Position numbers and translations under genes: made by a program. Below the pieces are notes generated by a model. The model saw only the letters and a program-made list of their open reading frames with translations. It had not been told where the DNA came from and made no database searches. DNA of 63,848 bases, filler included, from Alphaproteobacteria bacterium (GTDB lineage Bacteria > Pseudomonadota > Alphaproteobacteria > Caedimonadales > UBA9215), in the NCBI GenBank assembly GCA_024280495.1. It is 5 parts of 5 records of this genome, joined end to end, with 100 filler letters (N's around TTAATTAATTAA, not from the genome) between each part and the next. Parts side by side here need not be neighbours in the genome. Positions count along the whole stretch, not along the records: positions 45,780 to 55,368 come from JAJRPZ010000023.1; positions 55,469 to 61,219 come from JAJRPZ010000025.1; positions 61,320 to 63,848 come from JAJRPZ010000034.1; 2 more parts are not named here. One strand, written 5' to 3'. Positions 53,274 to 62,043 of this stretch are shown piece by piece. Within the stretch, counting starts at the first letter, position 1. Each line of letters starts with the position of its first letter.

Positions 53274-54818
53274 TTATTTCGCGTTGGACTCCATCTCTTT
53301 GCGACGAGCAGTCAACGCATTGTAACGTTTTGATAAAGCAATCACTCCAAAGACCCAAATCACTACTACAGTGGCAATAAAGTAACCAAGATATGGTGCT
53401 ACTTCCATGGCATCAGATGCAGAAAGAAGGGTAAAGAGCCCAAGGATTGTCCAACCACCAGCAGCCTTACCAAGGCGACCTCCAATCACATCAACAACGG
53501 CCTTACCCTTTGTTTTCAATTCTTGATCCAATGGAATGTAAGCCATTTCTTTTGTTGGATCAAACAGAGCATACTTAGAACCCTTTGTGAGGATGTTTTG
53601 AACCATACCCACAATGACAGCCATATATGTGGCAGAAATTGCCAGACCAAAAAGTTGCGGATTAATAATGTCATTGAATAAAATTAAGCCAAAGAACAAG
53701 GCGCCAGTAATAGCCAATACAATAGGTGTTACAATAGCGCCAGCAAACCAACCAAAGCGGTTAACCACCCCTTTAGTCATAAAGATAATGGCAATTGTTC
53801 CAATACCTGTCCATGTGGAAAACACACCAGTAAAGGCTGCATATCCACTTGGATCACCTGCATATTGAATTGCAATTTGTTTTTTCCAGATAAGTTCGAT
53901 CAGGTTAATGGACATACCATATGAAAGAACCAATAGGGCAACCAAACCAATATAAGGGTTTGAGAAAATGTATTTAAAGCTTTCTCCTACGCCCATTTTA
54001 GGTTTGGATTTTTTTACTTTTTTAGGCTCTGCGGCATCATAATATTTTGGATCAGTTAGAACATTCTTATGCATCCAACGAAAGGCAATCATAGAAAAAA
54101 TACCCATAATAACAACCATACTCATAAGATAATTCAATGAAACTCCCCAAGCATCAACTTCTGCTGGAAGGCTTTCACGAAGTTGTGAAAGATAACTCAT
54201 GGCATTACCAGAAAGAATCAAGGCAGCATTGCCAATCAAAACGAACACGGGGTAAAAACGACCAGCTTCTTTTGACCTTACTATTTCGTTAGCAAATTGC
54301 CAGAACAATAAGGAAACCATGATGCTTCCCCATAATTCAGAAAGAACATAGAATAAGGAATAAGTCCAAACTCCCCAAACGGAAAATAAGAAACGAATAC
54401 GTGGAAAGCTGTCTTGCAAGGCATTAACGGTTTCAAGATTAGGGTGCAACACATCGACGTTTGGGTAAATAATCAAGGCAAAAGCCCCGAAAAATAAAAG
54501 AAAAAAGGACGTTAATATATAAAACAATTTTTCAGATGAAAACATGTTGCTGAGCTTGGCATAAATCACTACAAAGGCAATGGCCGACCCCATGACAAAA
54601 ATACTCTTTAAATAAGGAATTGCTTCAATACCAGCACCAGCAGCGGTTCCAATCAAAGCATCTTTAGTATTACGCAGAACTGTATAGTTAAAAAGGACAC
54701 ACAACATAATAAAAGCGATGGGTAAAAACTTTTTAAGTTCCTCATTGCGAATAGGAAAGAGTGCCTGGCGAAGTTTAGAAAATTCTGGCTCTGTTTTAGG
54801 GGTCGGTTCATTTGACAT
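53274..54818 (-). CDS. ATP/ADP translocase (TLC/NTT nucleotide transporter family)
   Basis: ELKKFLP, FNYTVLRNTKD, FYVLSELWG, FWQFANE, KYALFDPTKEMAYIPLD, KGKAVVDVIGGRLGK. Confidence 0.97.
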   Translation of the reverse strand: MSNEPTPKTEPEFSKLRQALFPIRNEELKKFLPIAFIMLCVLFNYTVLRNTKDALIGTAAGAGIEAIPYLKSIFVMGSAIAFVVIYAKLSNMFSSEKLFYILTSFFLLFFGAFALIIYPNVDVLHPNLETVNALQDSFPRIRFLFSVWGVWTYSLFYVLSELWGSIMVSLLFWQFANEIVRSKEAGRFYPVFVLIGNAALILSGNAMSYLSQLRESLPAEVDAWGVSLNYLMSMVVIMGIFSMIAFRWMHKNVLTDPKYYDAAEPKKVKKSKPKMGVGESFKYIFSNPYIGLVALLVLSYGMSINLIELIWKKQIAIQYAGDPSGYAAFTGVFSTWTGIGTIAIIFMTKGVVNRFGWFAGAIVTPIVLAITGALFFGLILFNDIINPQLFGLAISATYMAVIVGMVQNILTKGSKYALFDPTKEMAYIPLDQELKTKGKAVVDVIGGRLGKAAGGWTILGLFTLLSASDAMEVAPYLGYFIATVVVIWVFGVIALSKRYNALTARRKEMESNAK

Positions 54819-54881
54819 ATTATTTATCCTTATACACACAAATGCTTGTTGCTTAGGTTTATCTTGTATATTTACAGCCGA

Positions 54882-54909
54882 ATAATACTCAAATTTGACA
54901 AAAAGTCAA
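54882..54909 (-). promoter_or_regulatory. Candidate promoter of the translocase, overlapping a TTGAC-N5-GTCAA palindrome
   Basis: Minus strand TTGACT-N16-TATTAT, about 65 nt upstream of the ATG. Confidence 0.4.
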
Positions 54910-55368
54910 TTGAAATCACACAAAATCAACTTAAGAATTTCAGATTAAAGAAAAACATAAAATCTGACACAATAAAAAAAACATACATTAAATATAATTG
55001 TTTAAAAAATTATGCCCTAAAATAGTAAATAAATGATTAATGACATTTTGATTTCGAAGAGGTTGCCCAGGCGAAAAGCCAATTTACGGCTTTATGCGTG
55101 CTGTCTAATTTATATTATTTGTCGAAAAAAAGCTTAGTAAATCTCCTAAACAAAGTCCGATAAAGTCACTTTTTTAATATTTTTTATCTGTTATTTGCCG
55201 TGGGTCAGTCGCCTGCCAACAAGGCTTTTGGCTCTCCCTCAAATAATGTGGACCCTCTAATTCCTCTCAAACCCTTACCTAGAAAGGAATACATCATACC
55301 CCTCCGTGTCTAAGAAGAGGCGCCTAAATAGGCTTTTTTCGTTATAAATTCCGTAGCATCTGCGCTTC

Positions 55369-55468
55369 NNNNNNNNNNNNNNNNNNNNNNNNNNNNNNNN
55401 NNNNNNNNNNNNTTAATTAATTAANNNNNNNNNNNNNNNNNNNNNNNNNNNNNNNNNNNNNNNNNNNN
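55369..55468. other. Artificial contig spacer
   Basis: N44-TTAATTAATTAA-N44. Confidence 0.98.
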
Positions 55469-55741
55469 AAGCTCCATGAGAGCTTGAATTTTTCCATCCT
55501 CAACATCCAGTCCATGCAAAGCATTTAAACAAACAACATCAGGATTAAAATCTTTGATAGTTGAAATCAAAGCCGCAATATTACGGGTCAATTCATATCC
55601 TAGAACATCGTATCCATTTGCCAAAAGAGCCTTTTTCATCCCCTTGGCACTGACCAAGGAAATGGCGGACTCGGCATTCCATCCCCCTTTTAAAAGAAGA
55701 ACTTTTTTAATACTCAAAGTGGGGTTTTTTTTATTTAACAC
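55469..55741 (-). CDS. ddl: D-alanine--D-alanine ligase, truncated by gap
   Basis: LLKGGWNAESAISLVS, NALHG...EDGKIQ; follows murB. Confidence 0.92.
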
Positions 55742-55750
55742 GTCTATAAC

Positions 55751-56773
55751 TCAAGCCGCCTTTTTAAATTTCTTTCTCAGGGAACTACTTTCTAAAAAAT
55801 CGCCAACCTTTTGAATTTCCCAACGCAATTTCACTCCTGAATGATTCAGAACCTTTTCCTTCACCATATCACCTAATTCCTCGAGGTCAGAAGAGGTGGC
55901 ATTATCAAAATTAATCAAAAAATTACAATGTTTTTCGGAAACCATAGCCCCTCCATGTTTCAAACCACGACATCCTGCAGCATCAATAAGTTTCCATGCG
56001 CTCTTTCCTTCTGGATTTGCAAAAGTACTTCCACCTGTGCGTTCTTTTGTGGGCTGAGTTTCTTCACGTTCCCCTAATAATTTCATCATACGCGCCTTAA
56101 TTTCCCCATTTCCTTTATTTTCATTAACCTTGGATATTTTAAAACGCGCGCCAACAAAAATCCAATGCTTTGGAACGCCGCAATGACGATATGAATAATC
56201 CATTTCATTTACCGTCAGATGATGCAAGTTTCCTTTAGGATCTATAACAAAAGCACCCTCAATGATATCCTTAATTTCACGGCCGTAACATCCCGCATTC
56301 ATACGTAACGCACCCCCAATTGTCCCAGGAATGCCTGCTAAAAATTCAAGACCTTCAAATCCTTCATCGGCTGCCAAATTTGCCAATTGCCCATCTAACA
56401 TACCAGCCCCTATATCAATAAAGTCTCCATGGATTGCAACATTGGTAAAACCGCGTCCAAGACGAATCACCACACCTGGGATACCACCATCACGAACCAA
56501 TAAATTAGAGCCAACACCAAGAATTTCAACGGGTATATTAGCAGGCTTATTCTTTAGAAAACTCTGAAGATCGTCAACATCAGCAGGCTTAAAAAGAACC
56601 TGTGCAGGACCGCCAGAACGAAACCACGTGGTTTTCGATAGGTCCGCATTTTCACGATATGTACCGCGCACTTGTGGCAAAAGAGAAATAACATCAGAGG
56701 TTACTGAATTTATTTTTTCAGACCCATTTTGATTTTTAGGGTCTTTCATTAAAAATGCTGGTTTAGGTATCAT
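55751..56773 (-). CDS. murB: UDP-N-acetylenolpyruvoylglucosamine reductase
   Basis: GVGSNLLVRDGG, GIPGTIGGALRMNAG, GSTFANP, SEKHCNF. Confidence 0.98.
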   Translation of the reverse strand: MIPKPAFLMKDPKNQNGSEKINSVTSDVISLLPQVRGTYRENADLSKTTWFRSGGPAQVLFKPADVDDLQSFLKNKPANIPVEILGVGSNLLVRDGGIPGVVIRLGRGFTNVAIHGDFIDIGAGMLDGQLANLAADEGFEGLEFLAGIPGTIGGALRMNAGCYGREIKDIIEGAFVIDPKGNLHHLTVNEMDYSYRHCGVPKHWIFVGARFKISKVNENKGNGEIKARMMKLLGEREETQPTKERTGGSTFANPEGKSAWKLIDAAGCRGLKHGGAMVSEKHCNFLINFDNATSSDLEELGDMVKEKVLNHSGVKLRWEIQKVGDFLESSSLRKKFKKAA

Positions 56774-58310
56774 AGATTTTCCCTGTTCGTTCTAAAATAT
56801 TATGTGCTGTCATTTTCCAATGAGGCGCTTTTATTTTTTCTTTTTCCCCATCCATTGCTTTTACTTTTAAGGTGCCTCCCATTTTTTTAAAAACATCTCG
56901 ACATTTTGTCGTGATATCTCCAGCCCCCATAAAAATACATAAATCACCTTGTTCACCCAATTTTTCTAAAACACCAGGCAAGTCATCAAAAGACTCTAAA
57001 AGGACTATTTTTTTACCCGCATTTGCCCGTCGAATACCAAGGGCACGGGCTAGAGTTTTATGGTTTACTGTTAAACTTGGGGCTTCTCCTGCTGCATAAA
57101 CAGGCATGACAACAACATGATCAGCAGCATCAAAACACATGGTAAATTCTGAAAATAAGTCAGTCAAACGCGAGTAACGGTGAGGTTGTACAACAGCTAT
57201 AATTTTTTGACCTTCTTCAGAAACGTATTTTGCAGCATCAAGAGTTGCCTGAATTTCCGTTGGGTGATGAGCATAATCATCAATAAATAAGAGTCCCTGC
57301 GCTGAACCAACTAATGTGAAACGGCGTTCAACCCCCATGAAATCAGCAATAGCCGCCTTAATCAAATTTAATCCAATGCCCAATTCAAGGGCACAAGTAA
57401 TAACGGCCAAGGCATTCAATATGTTGTGATGCCCCGCCATAGGCAGGTGGAACCCTTTCGTTTTTTTTAAATCTTCACCTTGAAGGTGCAGCATTTTTTG
57501 AGCCCTATCAGAAAAGGTCAATCCAAAAAAATGGCCACCACGTTTATTTTCAATTTGACTTGCCCTGATATCGGCATTCTCATTTTCAATACCATAGGTC
57601 AACAAACGACGATCAGTGATGGAACAAGCCATTTCATAGGTAACCGTATGGTCTGCACATAAAATACCAAGTCCATCAAAGGGAATTTTTTTAATATAGT
57701 TTAGAAAAGCCAGTTTTAAATTTTCAAAGGATCCATAATGTTCTATATGTTCTGGATCAATATTTGTAACAATGGCTATTGTTGCTGGAAGCTTTGCAAA
57801 AGTGCCATCGGATTCATCGGCCTCGACAATGGTCCACCGTCCTGCACCAAGACGCGCATTGGAACCATAGGCATTAATAATTCCACCACTCACAACGGTG
57901 GGGTCCAATCCACCGTGATCCAAAACACAGGCCCCAAGAGAGGTTGTCGTGGTTTTACCGTGGGTTCCTGCAACGGAAATACAAGGGGACTTTCCCATGA
58001 TTTCAGCCAGCATTTCCGCACGTTTCATAACAGGGATTTTTAAAGAACGCGCAGCCTCTAATTCGACATTATCTTCTGCAATAGCAGAGGAAACAACCAC
58101 GAGAGATGCTCCTTCAATATTTTCCACTTTTTGCCCTTTAAAAATAGGAATGCCAAGAACCTTTAAACGGTTCACATTAGCATTAACTGAAAGGTCGCTT
58201 CCCCGTACGAGATACCCCTTTGACATTAGAATTTCGACCATACCACTCATACCGATACCGCCGATACCGATAAAATGAATAACACCCAAATGTTGACTAG
58301 AAATTCTCAT
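56763..58310 (-). CDS. murC: UDP-N-acetylmuramate--L-alanine ligase
   Basis: HFIGIGGIGMSG, GTHGKTTTT, EADESDG, DDYAHHPTE, QPHRYSR. Confidence 0.99.
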   Translation of the reverse strand: MRISSQHLGVIHFIGIGGIGMSGMVEILMSKGYLVRGSDLSVNANVNRLKVLGIPIFKGQKVENIEGASLVVVSSAIAEDNVELEAARSLKIPVMKRAEMLAEIMGKSPCISVAGTHGKTTTTSLGACVLDHGGLDPTVVSGGIINAYGSNARLGAGRWTIVEADESDGTFAKLPATIAIVTNIDPEHIEHYGSFENLKLAFLNYIKKIPFDGLGILCADHTVTYEMACSITDRRLLTYGIENENADIRASQIENKRGGHFFGLTFSDRAQKMLHLQGEDLKKTKGFHLPMAGHHNILNALAVITCALELGIGLNLIKAAIADFMGVERRFTLVGSAQGLLFIDDYAHHPTEIQATLDAAKYVSEEGQKIIAVVQPHRYSRLTDLFSEFTMCFDAADHVVVMPVYAAGEAPSLTVNHKTLARALGIRRANAGKKIVLLESFDDLPGVLEKLGEQGDLCIFMGAGDITTKCRDVFKKMGGTLKVKAMDGEKEKIKAPHWKMTAHNILERTGKIYDT

Positions 58311-58340
58311 AAATAAACGACTCTTTTTACCTTGTTCAAA

Positions 58341-59444
58341 CTACACATTAAAAAGCTTTTGCACCAGCGATTTTATACTGCTTTTTAGGCATTTTTTTTT
58401 AACAAGTTGGGAGGCAACTAAAAGTTTTTTTGGATTAGAAAAAAGGTCCCCCAAAAGAGACGAAAGAGTCTCCGCTGAAAAATCTTTTTCTGATATTTTC
58501 CAGCCCCCAGAAATTTTCGTAATAACATCTGCATTGGCCTCTTGGTGATTGTCAGCAGCATGGGGATAAGGCACCAAAATCGACGGGCGACCCACGGCCA
58601 TAATCTCTGCTAAACTAGAGGCACCAGATCTTGAAATCACAAGATGTGCTTTTTCATAAGCCCTTGCCATATCATTGATAAATGGCTTCATATCAAGACT
58701 TTCAGATTTTAAAAATTTATAGTTTTCTGTCGCAATTTCTTTATCTGCATTTCTAACTTGATGAACAATCTCAAGACAGTTTTGCATGTTAAGGGGCAAC
58801 AAAGAAAGAGCCTTGGGCACCACCGTTGAAAAGACCCTCGCCCCTTGACTTCCCCCAATGATTAAAAGACGAATAGGTGACTCATTCCTTGGAATTTCGT
58901 ATGGTTTTTGACCAACGGATTGGATATCTTTTCGAACGGGCATTCCAACAAAGTCAATTTTGTCTTGAATAGCTTTTATTTTGTTTTCATTTGATGAAAA
59001 AGAAAGGCGAAAAACCTGGTCCGTTGACGTGAAAATCTTTTTAAATGATGGCCCCATCAAACGATTTACCTTTCCAAGAACAGCATTTTGTTCGTGGGCA
59101 AATAAAGGACGCCTCAAAAACCACCCCGCAAGCAAGGTTGGAAAAGTCGGGAAACCACTAAAACCTATAATTTTTTCCGAACGCAAAACCAGGGGGATAG
59201 ATTTTATGAAACTCAAAAAGAGATCCATGAGAAAAGCAATAAAACCAATAAGTCCCTGTTTTTTAGACCCCATGGGCAAAACAATAGGTGTTATAATATT
59301 TTGATGAGGTATCACATATTTCAAACCGCGCTTATCGGTCAAAAAGATAAAAGGGGTTTTCTGCACATGGAGTTCTAGGGCTAAACAAATGGCAGGAAAA
59401 ACATGACCGCCCGTGCCGCCAGCAACAATACAAATAGGTTTCAT
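58341..59444 (-). CDS. murG: Lipid I N-acetylglucosamine transferase MurG
   Basis: GGTGGHVFPA, HEQNA, GGSQGA, SRSGASS, HQEANA. Confidence 0.98.
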   Translation of the reverse strand: MKPICIVAGGTGGHVFPAICLALELHVQKTPFIFLTDKRGLKYVIPHQNIITPIVLPMGSKKQGLIGFIAFLMDLFLSFIKSIPLVLRSEKIIGFSGFPTFPTLLAGWFLRRPLFAHEQNAVLGKVNRLMGPSFKKIFTSTDQVFRLSFSSNENKIKAIQDKIDFVGMPVRKDIQSVGQKPYEIPRNESPIRLLIIGGSQGARVFSTVVPKALSLLPLNMQNCLEIVHQVRNADKEIATENYKFLKSESLDMKPFINDMARAYEKAHLVISRSGASSLAEIMAVGRPSILVPYPHAADNHQEANADVITKISGGWKISEKDFSAETLSSLLGDLFSNPKKLLVASQLVKKKCLKSSIKSLVQKLFNV

Positions 59445-59446
59445 TT

Positions 59447-60634
59447 TTACAATCCCTTCCCCGATACATGTGATGCAACGTCACCGTGTACTTGACGACG
59501 CGTTAAGGCTAAAATAAATCCGCAGGTAATGGCAACGGTTAACATCGAAGACCCTCCAAAACTAATAAAAGGTAACGTCATACCTTTTGTTGGGATTAAA
59601 TCCAATGTTGAAGCTATATTAATAGCGGCTTGAATCCCAAGTTCAAAAACCAAACCAGCAACGGCAACAACGACAAAAAAGTTTTTATCTTGCATGACAC
59701 GAACGAGACTCCGAATCACGAAAAATCCAAAAATTATGACGATAATAATACATAAAAAAGCACCATATTCCTCGGCTGCGACGGGAAAAATAAAATCCGC
59801 ATGGGCATCGGGGAGGTTCTTTTTTATAATACCTTCCCCAGGACCTAAACCAAACAATCCTCCACTTAAAAAAGCCTCAAGGGATTGCGAAATTTGATAT
59901 CGATCTGAAAAGCGATCTTGTGAACTTGGCGTTAAAAATCGATCCACACGGGCTTGCACATGGGGGAAAATAAAATAAGCCGATACCATGCCAATGATAC
60001 CAGTGGCAGACGCAATCAAGATAAGTAACAATGGCAACCCAGCCAAAAAGAATTGGGCAAAGAAAATAGTTGTCATTAGAAAAACCATCCCCATATCAGG
60101 TTGCAGCAACAATAAACCAACGGCAATGGTGTAAAAAATAATGGCGAAGATATTGCCAGGTATATCTGGGTTTCGTTTTTTCTCAGAGAGCATCCACGCA
60201 GTCATAACAACAAGAGCAGGCTTCATAAATTCGGAGGGCTGAATAGAAAAACCAGCCATGGAAATCCAGCGTTTAGCCCCCTTAATTTCATTACCAAAAA
60301 ATGGTGTCAAAACCAATAATAGAAAAGCCCCCGCATACAATAACAATGCCGAACGCTTAACCATCTTGATAGACAACTGTGAAACGCCAATAAGAAGTAC
60401 AAAAAATCCCCCCACATAAACCAAGTGACGTTTTACAAAAAAGAAGGATTCTAAACCAATGCGTTCAGCAACGGGAGGGCTTGCCGCCATGACGAGCAAA
60501 ACACCTATGGCCACAAGAGCAACAATGACGAAAAACAACCAGCGATCAATGGTCCACCACCACTGGGTTAAAATACTATTATCAGTGCGAGAGAAGGCCC
60601 TTCGTCCCCTAAGGGACTTGTCATCAAGAGACAT
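59447..60634 (-). CDS. ftsW: Cell division protein FtsW
   Basis: GAKRWI, QPSEFMK, QPDMG, LPDAHADFIF, PTKGMTLPFISFGGSS. Confidence 0.97.
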   Translation of the reverse strand: MSLDDKSLRGRRAFSRTDNSILTQWWWTIDRWLFFVIVALVAIGVLLVMAASPPVAERIGLESFFFVKRHLVYVGGFFVLLIGVSQLSIKMVKRSALLLYAGAFLLLVLTPFFGNEIKGAKRWISMAGFSIQPSEFMKPALVVMTAWMLSEKKRNPDIPGNIFAIIFYTIAVGLLLLQPDMGMVFLMTTIFFAQFFLAGLPLLLILIASATGIIGMVSAYFIFPHVQARVDRFLTPSSQDRFSDRYQISQSLEAFLSGGLFGLGPGEGIIKKNLPDAHADFIFPVAAEEYGAFLCIIIVIIFGFFVIRSLVRVMQDKNFFVVVAVAGLVFELGIQAAINIASTLDLIPTKGMTLPFISFGGSSMLTVAITCGFILALTRRQVHGDVASHVSGKGL

Positions 60635-61219
60635 TTACACCCTCCCCTATTTCAGACTTAACAATATTTTTGAAAGCATTACCACGGACCTCAAAATCTT
60701 TAAACAAGTCAAAACTGGCACAGGCTGGAGACAAAGCGACAATGGATTTTGAACTAGAATTAAGGGCTACCTGAATAGATTCCCTCACCGCATTTTTAAA
60801 AAAATCATAAACCTCAAATGGCAGGTTGTTTTTATCGGAAAAACTTGAAAAGAAATTTTGTGATTCTCCATAAAGATATAAGGCCGCTATTCTATCTTTA
60901 TATTTCTCCAAACCTGTGAGTCCTGATCTTTTTGCAATTCCTCCCAACAGTAAATGTACTTTTACATCAGGGGGATATCGATTATCTATGGATTCAAGAA
61001 AGCTCAATGTCGACTCAATATTTGTTGCCTTACTATCATTGATAACCAGTAAATTATCACTTTGAAAAATAACCTCTTGTCGATGGGTCAGACCCAGAAA
61101 ACTTTCAAGGCAAGAAAAATTAAAATCATGATTCATGGAACGAAGAACCGCATATGTTGCTGCTATATTTTCATGATTATGACGCCCTTGAAGGGGTAAG
61201 TTTTTTTGAAGAGTTTGAA
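60624..61219 (-). CDS. murD: UDP-MurNAc-L-Ala--D-Glu ligase, 5'-truncated by gap
   Basis: Frame open to the gap (QGRHNHENIAA); GLTHRQE, INDSKATN, LSPACASFD, RGNAF. Confidence 0.95.
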
Positions 61220-61319
61220 NNNNNNNNNNNNNNNNNNNNNNNNNNNNNNNNNNNNNNNNNNNNTTAATTAATTAANNNNNNNNNNNNNNNNNNNNNNNNN
61301 NNNNNNNNNNNNNNNNNNN
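61220..61319. other. Artificial contig spacer
   Basis: N44-TTAATTAATTAA-N44. Confidence 0.98.
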
Positions 61320-61383
61320 ATTGTGTCTCACTATCTCTCCCTCTTATTTTTCTTATTCTTTTTGATCACAAAGACCCTCGTCC

Positions 61384-62004
61384 ATGTTCTTGATTTTTAC
61401 CCTTATGATCATAAGATTAATAATTTCCATGGAAATGCCCATAGCCTCCCATGACCAACAAATGCAAACACCTCCCCTGGGGTTAACTGCCCTCAAAAAA
61501 AATTACAATTCTGACCTTTTTTACTATATTCACACCCTTGATTTTATGAACTTAGGTGATTCAAATGGACAAAAGATGCCTCTTTCTGAATATGACCCTA
61601 AAACCATCCAATCCTGGGTTGATGTTATTGAAAAACTTGAAAACTCTCGAATTTTGTTGCCCTTTTTAATGACATTTTATTATGGATATGCGCCCCAATT
61701 AACGCCCCTTTGCGTTGATTACCTTGAGAGATATTCCACTAAAAACCCAAAGGAAAAATGGCGCTGGCTTGCCCATGCCATAATACTTTCAAGGGATAAA
61801 AAAAAACGAGAACGCTTTTCTAAAGACCTTTCAAAATGGGGAAAAGAATATGATCTCCCCCTCTTTGCAAAGGATGCCTACATCAGGTTCATGAGCAAAA
61901 ACAACAGATTAGAACATGCCCGAAGCCTTGCAAAAAACCTTCTGGAATCAGATCAAAACCTCAGTCCCGAAGAGAGAAACTTCTTAAAGCTTTTGGTGAA
62001 ATAA
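61384..62004 (+). CDS. Hypothetical membrane-anchored helical protein
   Basis: 206-aa ORF, hydrophobic N-terminus; NLGDSNGQKMPLSEYD, FYYG, KWRWLAHA. Confidence 0.7.
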   Translation: MFLIFTLMIIRLIISMEMPIASHDQQMQTPPLGLTALKKNYNSDLFYYIHTLDFMNLGDSNGQKMPLSEYDPKTIQSWVDVIEKLENSRILLPFLMTFYYGYAPQLTPLCVDYLERYSTKNPKEKWRWLAHAIILSRDKKKRERFSKDLSKWGKEYDLPLFAKDAYIRFMSKNNRLEHARSLAKNLLESDQNLSPEERNFLKLLVK

Positions 62005-62043
62005 AGCAAGAGAGAAGTAGTTAATCATTTTTACGTTATGACT

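Noticed and set aside
54830..54838. DnaA-box match TTATACACA, suggesting oriC
   Set aside because: Single box with no cluster or origin-associated genes.
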